Shown: piece after piece, positions 29,001 through 37,003 of the stretch
Layout of the letters: each line of letters begins with the position of its first letter
Numbering within the stretch: the first letter of the stretch is position 1
Origin: Candidatus Woesebacteria bacterium GW2011_GWB1_39_10
Lineage (GTDB): Bacteria; Patescibacteriota; Microgenomatia; UBA8517
Length of the DNA: 64,000 bases
Reading direction: 5' to 3'
Assembly: GCA_000993205.1 (NCBI GenBank)
Contig: LBVU01000004.1
Coordinates: 124,113-188,112, forward strand
Made by a program: the position numbers and the translations under genes
Notes under the pieces: model-generated
Databases searched by the model: none
What the model was told of the DNA's origin: nothing
What the model saw: only the letters and a program-made list of their open reading frames with translations

Positions 29001-29497
29001 AAGGCAAATGTCAGGAAAAGAAGAATGACACAAACTAGTTCATACTTTGCTCTCTCTAAAATAAATATCGATTGGAATATGAAAAAATTAAAAGTTAAAA
29101 ATAATGGGAAAAAATATGGAACAAGTCTTCCCAATTTTTGTTTCAGCGAATATGAAAAAATAGAAGAAAAAATAAAAAGCATACTTAACCAAAAAAACAC
29201 CGCAACTTGATTTCCGGCGAAAGAACTTGTCCCAAATAGAGACAAAGCGTAATCAATTGAGTGGAGCATTACACTCCCAAAATGCGGTGAGTTGTCAACT
29301 CCAAAATCAATACGGTCATCCCAAGCAAAAAATCTCGTTTTTAAAAAACTTTTCGCGTCTAATGCAAGACCTGAATCGTGTCCCGCAACCACATAACCCG
29401 AGGGAACCCACATCTTGGTCAAAAACCATATTCCGATTAAAGCCACGGCAACATAAACCAGATAATGTACCAGCTCTTTGTTAAAAAGGTTTTTCAT
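26006..29497 (-). CDS. Giant polytopic membrane protein (1163 aa): N-terminal GT-C-like transmembrane domain, roughly 650-aa extracytoplasmic domain and C-terminal TM anchor. Candidate novel GT-C glycosyltransferase (AftD/YfhO-like architecture)
   Basis: The N-terminal roughly 480 aa are highly hydrophobic, with the acidic loop FFAWDDRIDFGVDNSPHFG. The long hydrophilic region is rich in N/K/S. The C-terminus ...VNGYENGWLLSGGGRQYDLLLVYQPQ...ISISSIIILAILYLIAWV is a TM helix. Confidence 0.45.
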   Translation of the reverse strand: MKNLFNKELVHYLVYVAVALIGIWFLTKMWVPSGYVVAGHDSGLALDAKSFLKTRFFAWDDRIDFGVDNSPHFGSVMLHSIDYALSLFGTSSFAGNQVAVFFWLSMLFIFSSIFSYSLKQKLGRLVPYFFPLFLTFNFFIFQSIFILERAKYELVCVILLFLTFALGILFDRKKPVLRSSIIFSVIFSIFNGGSWLGLPLYGSLFVAGMVYLLFAIIIAKKEKDLSYFRRTLIFCLLSFVFFVLLNMYSILPFISILISSDYAVVVGQGTIAAGKEWLIYISRGTFFINLFRFQGVPEWYLTGGLPNPEYSYAGLYLTNRILVLVSFLLPILSFSGMLFVKEKDKKYLIFFFLFLLLISMFFTAGTNSPLGFVYTALYEKIPGFSIFRSPYFKFATSFIISYSILLAYSLSILGEFIFSKINNLIGRRLKNTMLISGPLFVLTVAVGWLFYNFIMFNRDFLFKWQPDKSTLVKVPEYATEFNNWLKDTNFTGRALMLPAFDGGSGNDNYTWGYWSLSPLPSVLFANGSFMVNDVINNSVESDKINKLFALLLQKSPVFFDVSKKLGINYLFIRSDFQAEDSEVSEEYFAAVKSFIDNDELKLVKTVGPWSLLRIKNTEENNTFRLVNNFFSVPKDHIYISKEPIISKDNTKDWLSSESVNNGLDKLVLQEYYPLNCESCLVENLGKHADLPPVRVLPNSPFYAIKKERNEKILSSVDDENSRLAAHIGLAMTKLSEIRSMIDLQIDKKYINLGLNDLNNYLENINNILFKSNSLKSNFYFASRIYETVNPIQRYFRDYISNSNFGYEKSDIKNNMFKILWQSTLLKKQYDGLIGDGGKWNLNKIYNISLPSSGQYSLLIDKATLPSDNKGGVVIPSDMALSTGQNLNLKNVEDKKWMFTDPAEFPKTGELDLIFQYLPDLFKVINKEEVDFPLGTRGCVIGKINNFNKYRNYVLTLSSDIYLPNMRLYIKENSQRNQSTDEFLRGDIEMDVSLNPDGNSFKYFFDPSVGANVPLIYLCRYDRSIPENVKLNVLEIFNPEIYAVKNNSINVEATTLTYKKIDPTRYNITTNKFNGDMVLIFNQAFNGLWKLTDANGTPITDHFSVNGYENGWLLSGGGRQYDLLLVYQPQELFSKGLKISISSIIILAILYLIAWVRTIKNEKN

Positions 29498-30162
29498 TTA
29501 TTTCTAAAAACCAGAAAGCAGGTACTGTTTATATACGGAAGGTTGGTTTTAATAGGAAATCCAAAACTAAAATATTTGCTTATTCTGTACATTAAAGGGA
29601 TAAAAGTCGCATAAACCACTTTTGTTCCGGAAAACCCCGCAGACTTACCCTTTTTTACCCACCAGAAAGCCGGATGGACATTGATATGCGTTGGGTCGGT
29701 AAGTGATCTTTTTGTGGGAAATGGGGTAGAAAAAACAAGGGTTCCGCCTTTTTTTAGCATACTCCTAATGTTTTTCAGAGATTTTTCAGGATTTTTGAGA
29801 TGTTCAAGAACCTCAAACGCGACTACAAAATCATACTTTTTATCTGTACTGTCTTTTTCCACGTCGAATTTGAAAAACTTAATATCTTTTTGGATTTTCC
29901 CAGCTTTACCGACTATAAATGAGGAAATATCGCTCCCGGTAACATCAAACCCTCTGTTTTTAAAAATTCTTGAAAAGTATCCCAATGAAGCCCCCAACTC
30001 ATGAAGACTTCTCCTTTCTCCTCTTTTAATATCCACATATTTATCTAAAAACCGAACCCAGCCGTCAGCCCAGTTGACATACATATCAAATTCAGATTTT
30101 GTATATTTATCAAAAAATCTTTTGTAATATTTCTTGTCGAAATTTGAATTCCCGTGTACCAT
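29494..30162 (-). CDS. Class I SAM-dependent methyltransferase
   Basis: LHELGASLGYFS motif I, DFVVAFEVLEHL motif II, and GGTLVFSTP. Confidence 0.85.
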   Translation of the reverse strand: MVHGNSNFDKKYYKRFFDKYTKSEFDMYVNWADGWVRFLDKYVDIKRGERRSLHELGASLGYFSRIFKNRGFDVTGSDISSFIVGKAGKIQKDIKFFKFDVEKDSTDKKYDFVVAFEVLEHLKNPEKSLKNIRSMLKKGGTLVFSTPFPTKRSLTDPTHINVHPAFWWVKKGKSAGFSGTKVVYATFIPLMYRISKYFSFGFPIKTNLPYINSTCFLVFRNK

Positions 30163-31246
30163 TTTTTACATTGACTCGTTAGACCTATGGGTGCATAATA
30201 TCACCGTGGCCAGGCCTATTCAACCTCAAAAGATATTAATAACCGGATCCGCCGGATTTATCGGCGGTTATCTTGTTCAAGAATTCCTTGATCGGGGACA
30301 CACAGTAATCGGTATTGATAATTACTCCAAGTACGGGAAAGTTAAAAAAAGCTATGACAATCACCCGAATTACAAGCTTTATGTCCACGACGTCAAAGAC
30401 ACTAAATTTTTGACTAAGATCGTAAAAGATTGCGATTATATTGTGGCTCTTGCCGCCATGATTGGAGGAATCACATACTTCCACAAGTTTGCTTATGATC
30501 TATTGGCCGAAAATGAACGAATTATGGCCTCAACCTTTGACGCAGCAATAGAAGCGCACAAAAATGGCAAACTTAAAAAAATAGTAGTTTTAAGCAGTAG
30601 CATGGTTTTTGAATCTACCAATGTTTATCCAACACCTGAAAATGTTCTAAACAATACCCCTTCTCCAAAGTCTACTTATGGTTTTCAAAAACTTGCAACC
30701 GAATATTTTTGCAAAGGGGCCTGGGAACAATATCAACTCCCATATACGATTCTTAGACCATTTAATTGTGTCGGAATCGGAGAAAAACGTGCAAAAAATG
30801 AGGTCGAAATTAAAAGCGGAAATGTCAAACTTGCAATGAGCCACGTAGTCCCCGATCTTGTACAAAAAGTGTTGGCCGGACAAGACCCGTTGCACATTCT
30901 GGGCAAGGGTAATCAAATCCGCTGTTATACATATGGGGCAGATCTAGCAAAAGGAATTGTTACGGCCACTTTCTCACCCAAGGCCAAAAACGAAGATTTC
31001 AACCTTTCAACCAACGAAGCAACCTCGGTTTTACAGCTTGCAAAAGCAATTTGGAAAAAAATCAACGGAAACAAACCTTTCCATTATGTTTCGGGTGAAG
31101 CGTTCACCTACGACGTACAAAAAAGAATCCCAGATACGAGTAAAGCCAAGAAAATGTTGGGTTATGAGGCAAAAACAACTTTAGACCAGATGCTAGACGA
31201 AGCAATCCCCTGGATAAAAGAACAGGTTAAATTAGGAGGTATTTAA
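30134..31246 (+). CDS. NAD-dependent epimerase/dehydratase family protein (extended SDR)
   Basis: ILITGSAGFIGGYLVQEFL Rossmann motif and YGFQK catalytic YxxxK. The true start is probably GTG at 30191 or 30206, to avoid a 29-bp overlap with the divergent gene. Confidence 0.8.
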   Translation: MSKFEFPCTIFYIDSLDLWVHNITVARPIQPQKILITGSAGFIGGYLVQEFLDRGHTVIGIDNYSKYGKVKKSYDNHPNYKLYVHDVKDTKFLTKIVKDCDYIVALAAMIGGITYFHKFAYDLLAENERIMASTFDAAIEAHKNGKLKKIVVLSSSMVFESTNVYPTPENVLNNTPSPKSTYGFQKLATEYFCKGAWEQYQLPYTILRPFNCVGIGEKRAKNEVEIKSGNVKLAMSHVVPDLVQKVLAGQDPLHILGKGNQIRCYTYGADLAKGIVTATFSPKAKNEDFNLSTNEATSVLQLAKAIWKKINGNKPFHYVSGEAFTYDVQKRIPDTSKAKKMLGYEAKTTLDQMLDEAIPWIKEQVKLGGI

Positions 31247-31253
31247 AAACCGT

Positions 31254-32567
31254 TTATTTTTTGGGCTCTTTGTTCAACTTCGGAACAAAATCGTGAATCC
31301 TGAAGACTATCTTGCCCGTACCAAACATATTCCAAATATCACAAATCAGACAGCCCTTTGATACGACTTTACTGATATCACCCAACGACAGATCTTTATA
31401 AGCATCGTGGTTGGTGCCTACCATTACTATATCCGCATCTTTTAGCGTTTCATCCAGCGGCTCCGAATACATAAGAGGGTCTGTTATGGAAACCTTTCCG
31501 CCTTCTGCTGCAAAATACTTGGCCAGTTTCGGCACAAGTGAAAATCTGGAGTCATCAATATTCTTCTTGAATGCTAAACCTAATATTGCAACCTTCTTCT
31601 CGTTAACATTCCCGACTTCGGCTTTAACCCTCTTAAAAAGATAGCCCGGAATGTTTTCATTAAGTCTCCAGGAAGCCATAACAAGCTCCATAAAAGGACT
31701 TTTATCAATCAGGAAAAAACCATCCTTTACCAAACATGGCCCCGCAGTAAGCCCGGGCGACTTGAGTCCGGCACGTTTGTAACCATTGTTCACCAGATTT
31801 AATACTTCGTAAATATCGCATCCATAATCTTCCGCAATCATCATGAACTCGTTGCCGATTGCAAAATCGATATAACGGTACATATTGCAAAAAAGTTTTG
31901 AAAGCTCGGCCGCTTCCGGTTTTGAATAATGAATAATCTTTGTAATTTTTGAAAAGATTTTCGTTGCCTGCTTGGCGCTTTCGGGCTCGGTTGTTCCAAT
32001 TATTTGTGGTATTTGAACCAATTCTTCGACTGACTTGCCCTCTGCAATACGTTCCGGGCAATAAGCCATATAAATGTCCTTCCCAACTTTAAGTTTTGTA
32101 CGTTCCTCGACGAATCTGACGAGTTGTCTTAAACTTCCCGGGGAAATTGTACTTCGCAGAATTATTACATGCTCCTTTTGTATAAATGGGGTGAGCTCTG
32201 AAAAAAGTTTCTCTATCTGACTGTGGTCGGGGCTATAAGTTGAGTCGATTGGGGTTCCTAACGTAAGAATTATGTATTTATTCTCAGAAAGCGATTCTTT
32301 AATATGATCCGAAGAATAAATTCTAAATTTATTACCGATATATTTTTGAAGCAGCTCATCGGCCCCCTCTTCCAAAAAAGGCATTTTTTTACTTTGAAGA
32401 AAAGCAACTCTTGCCGGGTCTACATCAATTCCCGAGACATTAAAGCCTTTATCAGCAAGGACAAGAGCTAATGGTAACCCAACTCTTCCGATCCCAAAAA
32501 CCACTATGTTATTTTCCTTAAGCACACGGCTATGGTACATAAAGATCATTTGTTTATCAAGAAGCAA
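31254..32567 (-). CDS. Nucleotide-sugar dehydrogenase (UDP-glucose/GDP-mannose dehydrogenase family; WecC/WbpA/Cap5O-like UDP-N-acetylhexosamine 6-dehydrogenase)
   Basis: IVVFGIGRVGLPLALVLA Rossmann motif, catalytic region MAYCPERIAEGKSVEEL, and C-terminal UDPG_MGDP_dh_C-like domain (KVAILGLAFKKNIDDSR). The likely start is the internal MYHSRV. Confidence 0.8.
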   Translation of the reverse strand: MLLDKQMIFMYHSRVLKENNIVVFGIGRVGLPLALVLADKGFNVSGIDVDPARVAFLQSKKMPFLEEGADELLQKYIGNKFRIYSSDHIKESLSENKYIILTLGTPIDSTYSPDHSQIEKLFSELTPFIQKEHVIILRSTISPGSLRQLVRFVEERTKLKVGKDIYMAYCPERIAEGKSVEELVQIPQIIGTTEPESAKQATKIFSKITKIIHYSKPEAAELSKLFCNMYRYIDFAIGNEFMMIAEDYGCDIYEVLNLVNNGYKRAGLKSPGLTAGPCLVKDGFFLIDKSPFMELVMASWRLNENIPGYLFKRVKAEVGNVNEKKVAILGLAFKKNIDDSRFSLVPKLAKYFAAEGGKVSITDPLMYSEPLDETLKDADIVMVGTNHDAYKDLSLGDISKVVSKGCLICDIWNMFGTGKIVFRIHDFVPKLNKEPKK

Positions 32568-32578
32568 TCCGATATTAT

Positions 32579-33820
32579 ATGAAGGTTAATTTGATTATGC
32601 TAACCTACGACAGCCGAATATTAATAGCCACCTTCTCACCTTGGAAAAACGGCAAAAGACTGCCTACAAACGGAATGGTCGAACCATTGGTTGATTATTT
32701 TTCCGGCAGGTATACAGATGTCTATCTTTTAGATCAGCCGCACCCCGGTTCCGATATTCTTGTTCCAAGGATTGAAGTTTACAAAAACGGTAAATTTAGT
32801 AAGATTAAAAGCTCCTCTTTTTTTGTTTCGGCACTCTCCCCTCTCCTTGCTGCCCAAAACGTTTCGGCAACACAGATCTCATTTAAACTCAGGGATTTTT
32901 TGTCTGTAATCGATCTGGTGATCGGACAAAAGCTAAAAATCGACTTATTTATCGGATTCGAATCAGTTAACGCGATAGCGGGAATTTTTCTTAAAAAGGT
33001 TGGCTTTATAAAAAAAGTTGTTTATTATGTTTCCGACTTTTCTCCAAAGAGGTATAAATCTAAGTGGTTTAATAAATTTTATCTATTTCTTGATAAAACG
33101 GCTGTCAGGTATTCCGATGCAACATGGAACGTTTCGGATGCAATGACTGTGGCCAGAAAAGAACTTGGTTATAATATGGAAAAATTTTCCCCTCAAATAC
33201 TGGCACCCAATGCTTTTTTTAAAAAGGAAATCAAATTCTTGCCGTTCGAGAAAACAAAACCTTACAGCATTATTTATGCCGGAACTTTAGGTCTGGAAAA
33301 CGGCCCAGACCTGGCAATACAAATGATGCCGCAAATAATTAAAAAATTTCCGTCAGCTTCTTTAACAATAGCAGGTGGAGGAAGGCCGGAAGATGAAAGT
33401 CTACTCAAGAGCTTAATTCAAAAACTAAATCTTGAAAAGAATGTTAATTTCGTAGGGTTCGTTCCTACCAATAGGGAACTATATGAACTTGTTCGAAAAC
33501 ACAGGCTTCTGATTGCACCATACAAAGCCATACGTGAATCCGTCAGATGGTATGCCGACGCAGTAAAAATAAGAATGGCTCTGGCATGTGGTTTGCCTGT
33601 AGTCACAACCCAAGTCCCACCCAATGGAAAGTTGGCTGAAAAAGCAGGGGCCGGAATAATCACCAAGGACAACCCCAAAGATTTGGCAAAAACTGTAATA
33701 GATATTTTTTCCAACAAAAAACAATATTTAAAAATGATGAACGCGGCAAGAGTGGCGGCAAAAGAAAATACCTGGGAAAATTCATATACAAACGCACTGA
33801 AGAAAATGGGGTTAATATGA
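32579..33820 (+). CDS. Atypical GT4-family glycosyltransferase (paralog group A, member 1)
   Basis: C-terminal GT-B motif RESVRWYADAVKIRMALACGLPVVTTQVPPNG. The N-terminal domain (YYVSDFSPKRY...YSDATWNVSDAM) is shared with 42843..43976 and 49789..50856. Confidence 0.7.
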   Translation: MKVNLIMLTYDSRILIATFSPWKNGKRLPTNGMVEPLVDYFSGRYTDVYLLDQPHPGSDILVPRIEVYKNGKFSKIKSSSFFVSALSPLLAAQNVSATQISFKLRDFLSVIDLVIGQKLKIDLFIGFESVNAIAGIFLKKVGFIKKVVYYVSDFSPKRYKSKWFNKFYLFLDKTAVRYSDATWNVSDAMTVARKELGYNMEKFSPQILAPNAFFKKEIKFLPFEKTKPYSIIYAGTLGLENGPDLAIQMMPQIIKKFPSASLTIAGGGRPEDESLLKSLIQKLNLEKNVNFVGFVPTNRELYELVRKHRLLIAPYKAIRESVRWYADAVKIRMALACGLPVVTTQVPPNGKLAEKAGAGIITKDNPKDLAKTVIDIFSNKKQYLKMMNAARVAAKENTWENSYTNALKKMGLI

Positions 33821-33834
33821 AGTCTTATTGATTA

Positions 33835-35808
33835 TTAATAGTAATAAGGAATGTCCTTGCCCTGAATTTCTGTGAACGTAAGATTTCTAATCACTGAATT
33901 TAAAATTCGTATCTTTGCTCCTGTCGGATAACCGTCAATCATAATTTTTTGAATCGCTAGCCCACCAGGAGGTAAATATAAATTGTATGTATGGGGATAG
34001 CCATCAGCTAAAATATCAATATCTTTTGCATAAAAATTTTGATAAGTATTTCTCCTCTCCGTCATCCACCAAATTTTTATACTAACGGTGTTACCAATCA
34101 TATTTTTAGATGTTTTCTGATCGAGCAGCAATGTCAAATTTAAAACTGTCGGAACAAGGCTTGGATAACCAACTTCAGATTCCACAAAGTGATTTTTAGA
34201 ATAATCCCACCTATCAATGACTAACGGTTTTAATCTTTGTGTTAATTCTTTTCTGAAATCTTCAGTCGTCGGAACAAAGCCCAATTTTTCTGAAGCAAAA
34301 AAAGTATAAACATTTTCTAATTTATATTTACCACTTATTATAAGGTCATAAACCTCAGGAAATGTATCGACCATTTTAGTAATTCCCTCGTAATTATAAA
34401 AAATTGAAATTCCAGTCTCCCCCATACCTGCCAAAACATTATTCTTCACACGAGGCTCATCCTCAGTATCAATAAAGAAAACGGTATCTTTATCAACCTT
34501 TGGAACATTGGCCATAATTATTTTGTAAGCATTTTGTGTTGGAAAACTTACATAGTTAACAATTTCGTCCTGAACCTTTTGTGATTGAAAAATCAAATAT
34601 ACACAAAACACACCAATAAATAGATAGGCAAGAAATCTTCCATATCTTTTAGAGAAAAATAAATGGTCTTTGATAATTAAAAATAATCCTGAATAAATAA
34701 AGGTTGTTCCCACAAAAGATGGCAGCGCATAGCGGCTAATTGAATCTAAACTGTTTGTAGGATTGTAAACAAAATAACTTACGATATTACCAACAACAAC
34801 AACCAGTCCCAACAAAAGAATATTCGAAATTGTTTTGGCCTTTTTCCTAATAAAAAGACCGACTGATACAATAAACAGTGTAATCAATAATCCGTTCAGG
34901 TGAGAAAGGCTTTCCAAGGAAATTTTAATCTTAAACAAAAGCTGTAGAAAATCAGAAAAATTCTTTACCAATAAATCTGGGACAATAATATGAGAAATCA
35001 TACCAAATAAATTACCTATTGAAATCACAAATTGACCTCCCAAAAAATTTTTCAGTAGTGTCCCCATGAAGCCGGATGACTGTGCGCCTGAGGATTCCGA
35101 AGGATTTGTGTATATATGTATATACATAAATAAATAAATTACTAGAAATGGCAGAAACTTAATAATGAGGTTGATAACGTTCTTAAGACCCTTCCTAAAA
35201 CCCAGGAGAAAAATTAAGGCAAACATTATAATAACCACTCCGTGCGAACGAAGAAACAGGAATTGAATAGTTATAATGTAGAAAATCAAGGAAATGGCAT
35301 AAAATTTAGTTCCTCTTCCCAAAAGATATTTAACCAAGAGTAGAGCGGTAAGATTGATGAAAATTGCCGTTAGACTAAATTGGTAGGACTCATTAACCCT
35401 ATAAAGAGCAAAAGAAGCAATATATCCACTGGCATAAATGGTTGATGCTATAAAACCAGCCAGTTTATTTCTAGTAATTTCTTTTGCCAAAAGGTAGACG
35501 GTAAAAGCTGCAAGAAAATACAGGAAAAGGCCAATCGCAAAGTACGGCATGGCGTTAGTACCAAACAACGGATAAAGAAGGATGAACGGAGTTGCAGTGT
35601 ATTTATACGCACCCTGACCTAAAATTCCAGCTCCAATGTAGCCCACGGAAGACCCCGGGTGAACCATTTTATAAAGAAGTGTCCAATCATCAACCCACCA
35701 GTACATCAGTAACGTCTTACCGTAGGAAATGTAACTAACTAATAATAACCAGAGAAAAATCAAGTATTCGGAATATTTTTGAAAAATATGATCAAACTTT
35801 TTCAACAT
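33835..35808 (-). CDS. Large polytopic membrane protein (657 aa), candidate GT-C glycosyltransferase; member of the W-x-D-D/E-W loop paralog trio
   Basis: About 13 TM helices, then a roughly 250-aa C-terminal soluble domain. The first loop is LLMYWWVDDWTLLYKMVHPGSS. Confidence 0.45.
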   Translation of the reverse strand: MLKKFDHIFQKYSEYLIFLWLLLVSYISYGKTLLMYWWVDDWTLLYKMVHPGSSVGYIGAGILGQGAYKYTATPFILLYPLFGTNAMPYFAIGLFLYFLAAFTVYLLAKEITRNKLAGFIASTIYASGYIASFALYRVNESYQFSLTAIFINLTALLLVKYLLGRGTKFYAISLIFYIITIQFLFLRSHGVVIIMFALIFLLGFRKGLKNVINLIIKFLPFLVIYLFMYIHIYTNPSESSGAQSSGFMGTLLKNFLGGQFVISIGNLFGMISHIIVPDLLVKNFSDFLQLLFKIKISLESLSHLNGLLITLFIVSVGLFIRKKAKTISNILLLGLVVVVGNIVSYFVYNPTNSLDSISRYALPSFVGTTFIYSGLFLIIKDHLFFSKRYGRFLAYLFIGVFCVYLIFQSQKVQDEIVNYVSFPTQNAYKIIMANVPKVDKDTVFFIDTEDEPRVKNNVLAGMGETGISIFYNYEGITKMVDTFPEVYDLIISGKYKLENVYTFFASEKLGFVPTTEDFRKELTQRLKPLVIDRWDYSKNHFVESEVGYPSLVPTVLNLTLLLDQKTSKNMIGNTVSIKIWWMTERRNTYQNFYAKDIDILADGYPHTYNLYLPPGGLAIQKIMIDGYPTGAKIRILNSVIRNLTFTEIQGKDIPYYY

Positions 35809-35848
35809 AACTACTTCAAAATCTTGGGAGTTTCCAGATAAGAATCTA

Positions 35849-36010
35849 TTAAGTATAATTAACAGGCCCCCGTGTTAATGGAACAACAACCAATTCTCTT
35901 ATTATACTACCAGTATTCGATAAATCTATATTTATTTTTTGACTCCCTGAACTTGAGAAAAATAACAACCATATCACAAGAAAAGCGATAATGGAGTTCT
36001 TGTTTTGAAA
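35849..36010 (-). pseudogene. Decayed duplicate of the 3' end of a paralog of the 37004..39475 membrane-protein gene
   Basis: About 80 percent nucleotide identity between 35880-36000 and 37061-37190. One frame reads FSSSGSQKINIDLSNTGSIIRELVVVPLTRGPVNYT*, versus the C-terminus FSQVQGIKNISLDLANTGSMIRGLVVVPLSLVPVN of the 823-aa protein. The frame is lost upstream. Confidence 0.6.
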
Positions 36011-36078
36011 CAGGCTCAAAGACTATATTCTTCAAGACCTTCTTTATTCTTCGATGTATTATATACTCTGAAACAGAG

Positions 36079-36981
36079 ATGATAATTATAACGGGAGGAA
36101 ACGGGTTTGTCGGAAGTGTTTTGACTCCTCTTCTCCGGAAAAAATACAGAGGAGAAAAAATATTTATTTTGGATAAACCGAGATACGACTTGGTTACAGG
36201 CAAAAACCTGGACAAAATCCCCAAAAATCCAAGACTGGTCATTCATTTGGCGGCAGCAACCGATACCGCAAAACCCGATCACAGAACAAATGACTTGGGA
36301 ACAATAAATTTATTTCAGCATTTGAAAATCGGGCCCGGAACTCATTTTATTTTTACAAGTTCCCTGGCAGTATATTCGGGGAGAACGGGATGCGATAAAG
36401 CGATCGGCCCAAAGACTTCACCCGCAGTAAATAACAGATACGGTGCAACGAAACTCAAAGCCGAAAAAATATTGGTAAACGCAGCCAAAGAAAATGGCTT
36501 CAAACTAACGATTCTTAGGCTTCCGACAGTTTGGGGAAATAATCCCCGAAAGAATAGTTTTCTGAATTTTTTAAAGAATTTGGTTAAAAACAATTCTATT
36601 TTTGCCAGACTGAATTGGCCCGGAAAAACGGCCCTTATAAACGTAAGTGATATTGCAAAACATATTTCGGAAATATCAAAAAAGTCTCCCAAAAATACGC
36701 AAATTATTCCGCTTGCCGTGGAAAACATGACACTTGCCGCAATTTTCAAGACTTTATATTTGCAGGCGGAAAAAGATTATGGTGAAATAAAGGTTCCGAA
36801 ATTTGTTTGGAGTTTTGCAAGATTTTTAAGGCCATTCCTGGGCTATTTTGAACCTATTTTACCATCTTCTTTCTACAACTACTTTTGGCGCGCATCAATT
36901 GTTGTGGACAGCCCCCTTTGGTGTAAAGTGAACTTGAAGGGAAGAAAATTTGCAAACGCCAATCAAAGAAGAATGAAATAA
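36079..36981 (+). CDS. NAD-dependent epimerase/dehydratase-like SDR
   Basis: MIIITGGNGFVGSVL glycine-rich motif and YGATK (YxxxK). 300 aa. Confidence 0.8.
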   Translation: MIIITGGNGFVGSVLTPLLRKKYRGEKIFILDKPRYDLVTGKNLDKIPKNPRLVIHLAAATDTAKPDHRTNDLGTINLFQHLKIGPGTHFIFTSSLAVYSGRTGCDKAIGPKTSPAVNNRYGATKLKAEKILVNAAKENGFKLTILRLPTVWGNNPRKNSFLNFLKNLVKNNSIFARLNWPGKTALINVSDIAKHISEISKKSPKNTQIIPLAVENMTLAAIFKTLYLQAEKDYGEIKVPKFVWSFARFLRPFLGYFEPILPSSFYNYFWRASIVVDSPLWCKVNLKGRKFANANQRRMK

Positions 36982-37003
36982 TTGTAAAATTTTTTCCACA
37001 TAA

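Noticed and set aside
31705-32061. 118-aa minus-strand ORF (MPGTYCRGQVSRR...) inside the dehydrogenase gene region
   Set aside because: It is an alternative frame of the same strand within the well-supported nucleotide-sugar dehydrogenase gene. Its Arg/Cys-rich composition is atypical for this proteome.
35907-36242. 111-aa minus-strand ORF in the 35809-36078 gap
   Set aside because: Its 3' part is a different frame of the decayed gene-fragment duplicate (it ends ...FLKFRESKNKYRFIEYW, read across the repeat). Its 5' part overlaps the well-supported SDR gene starting at 36079. It is an artefact of the pseudogene remnant.
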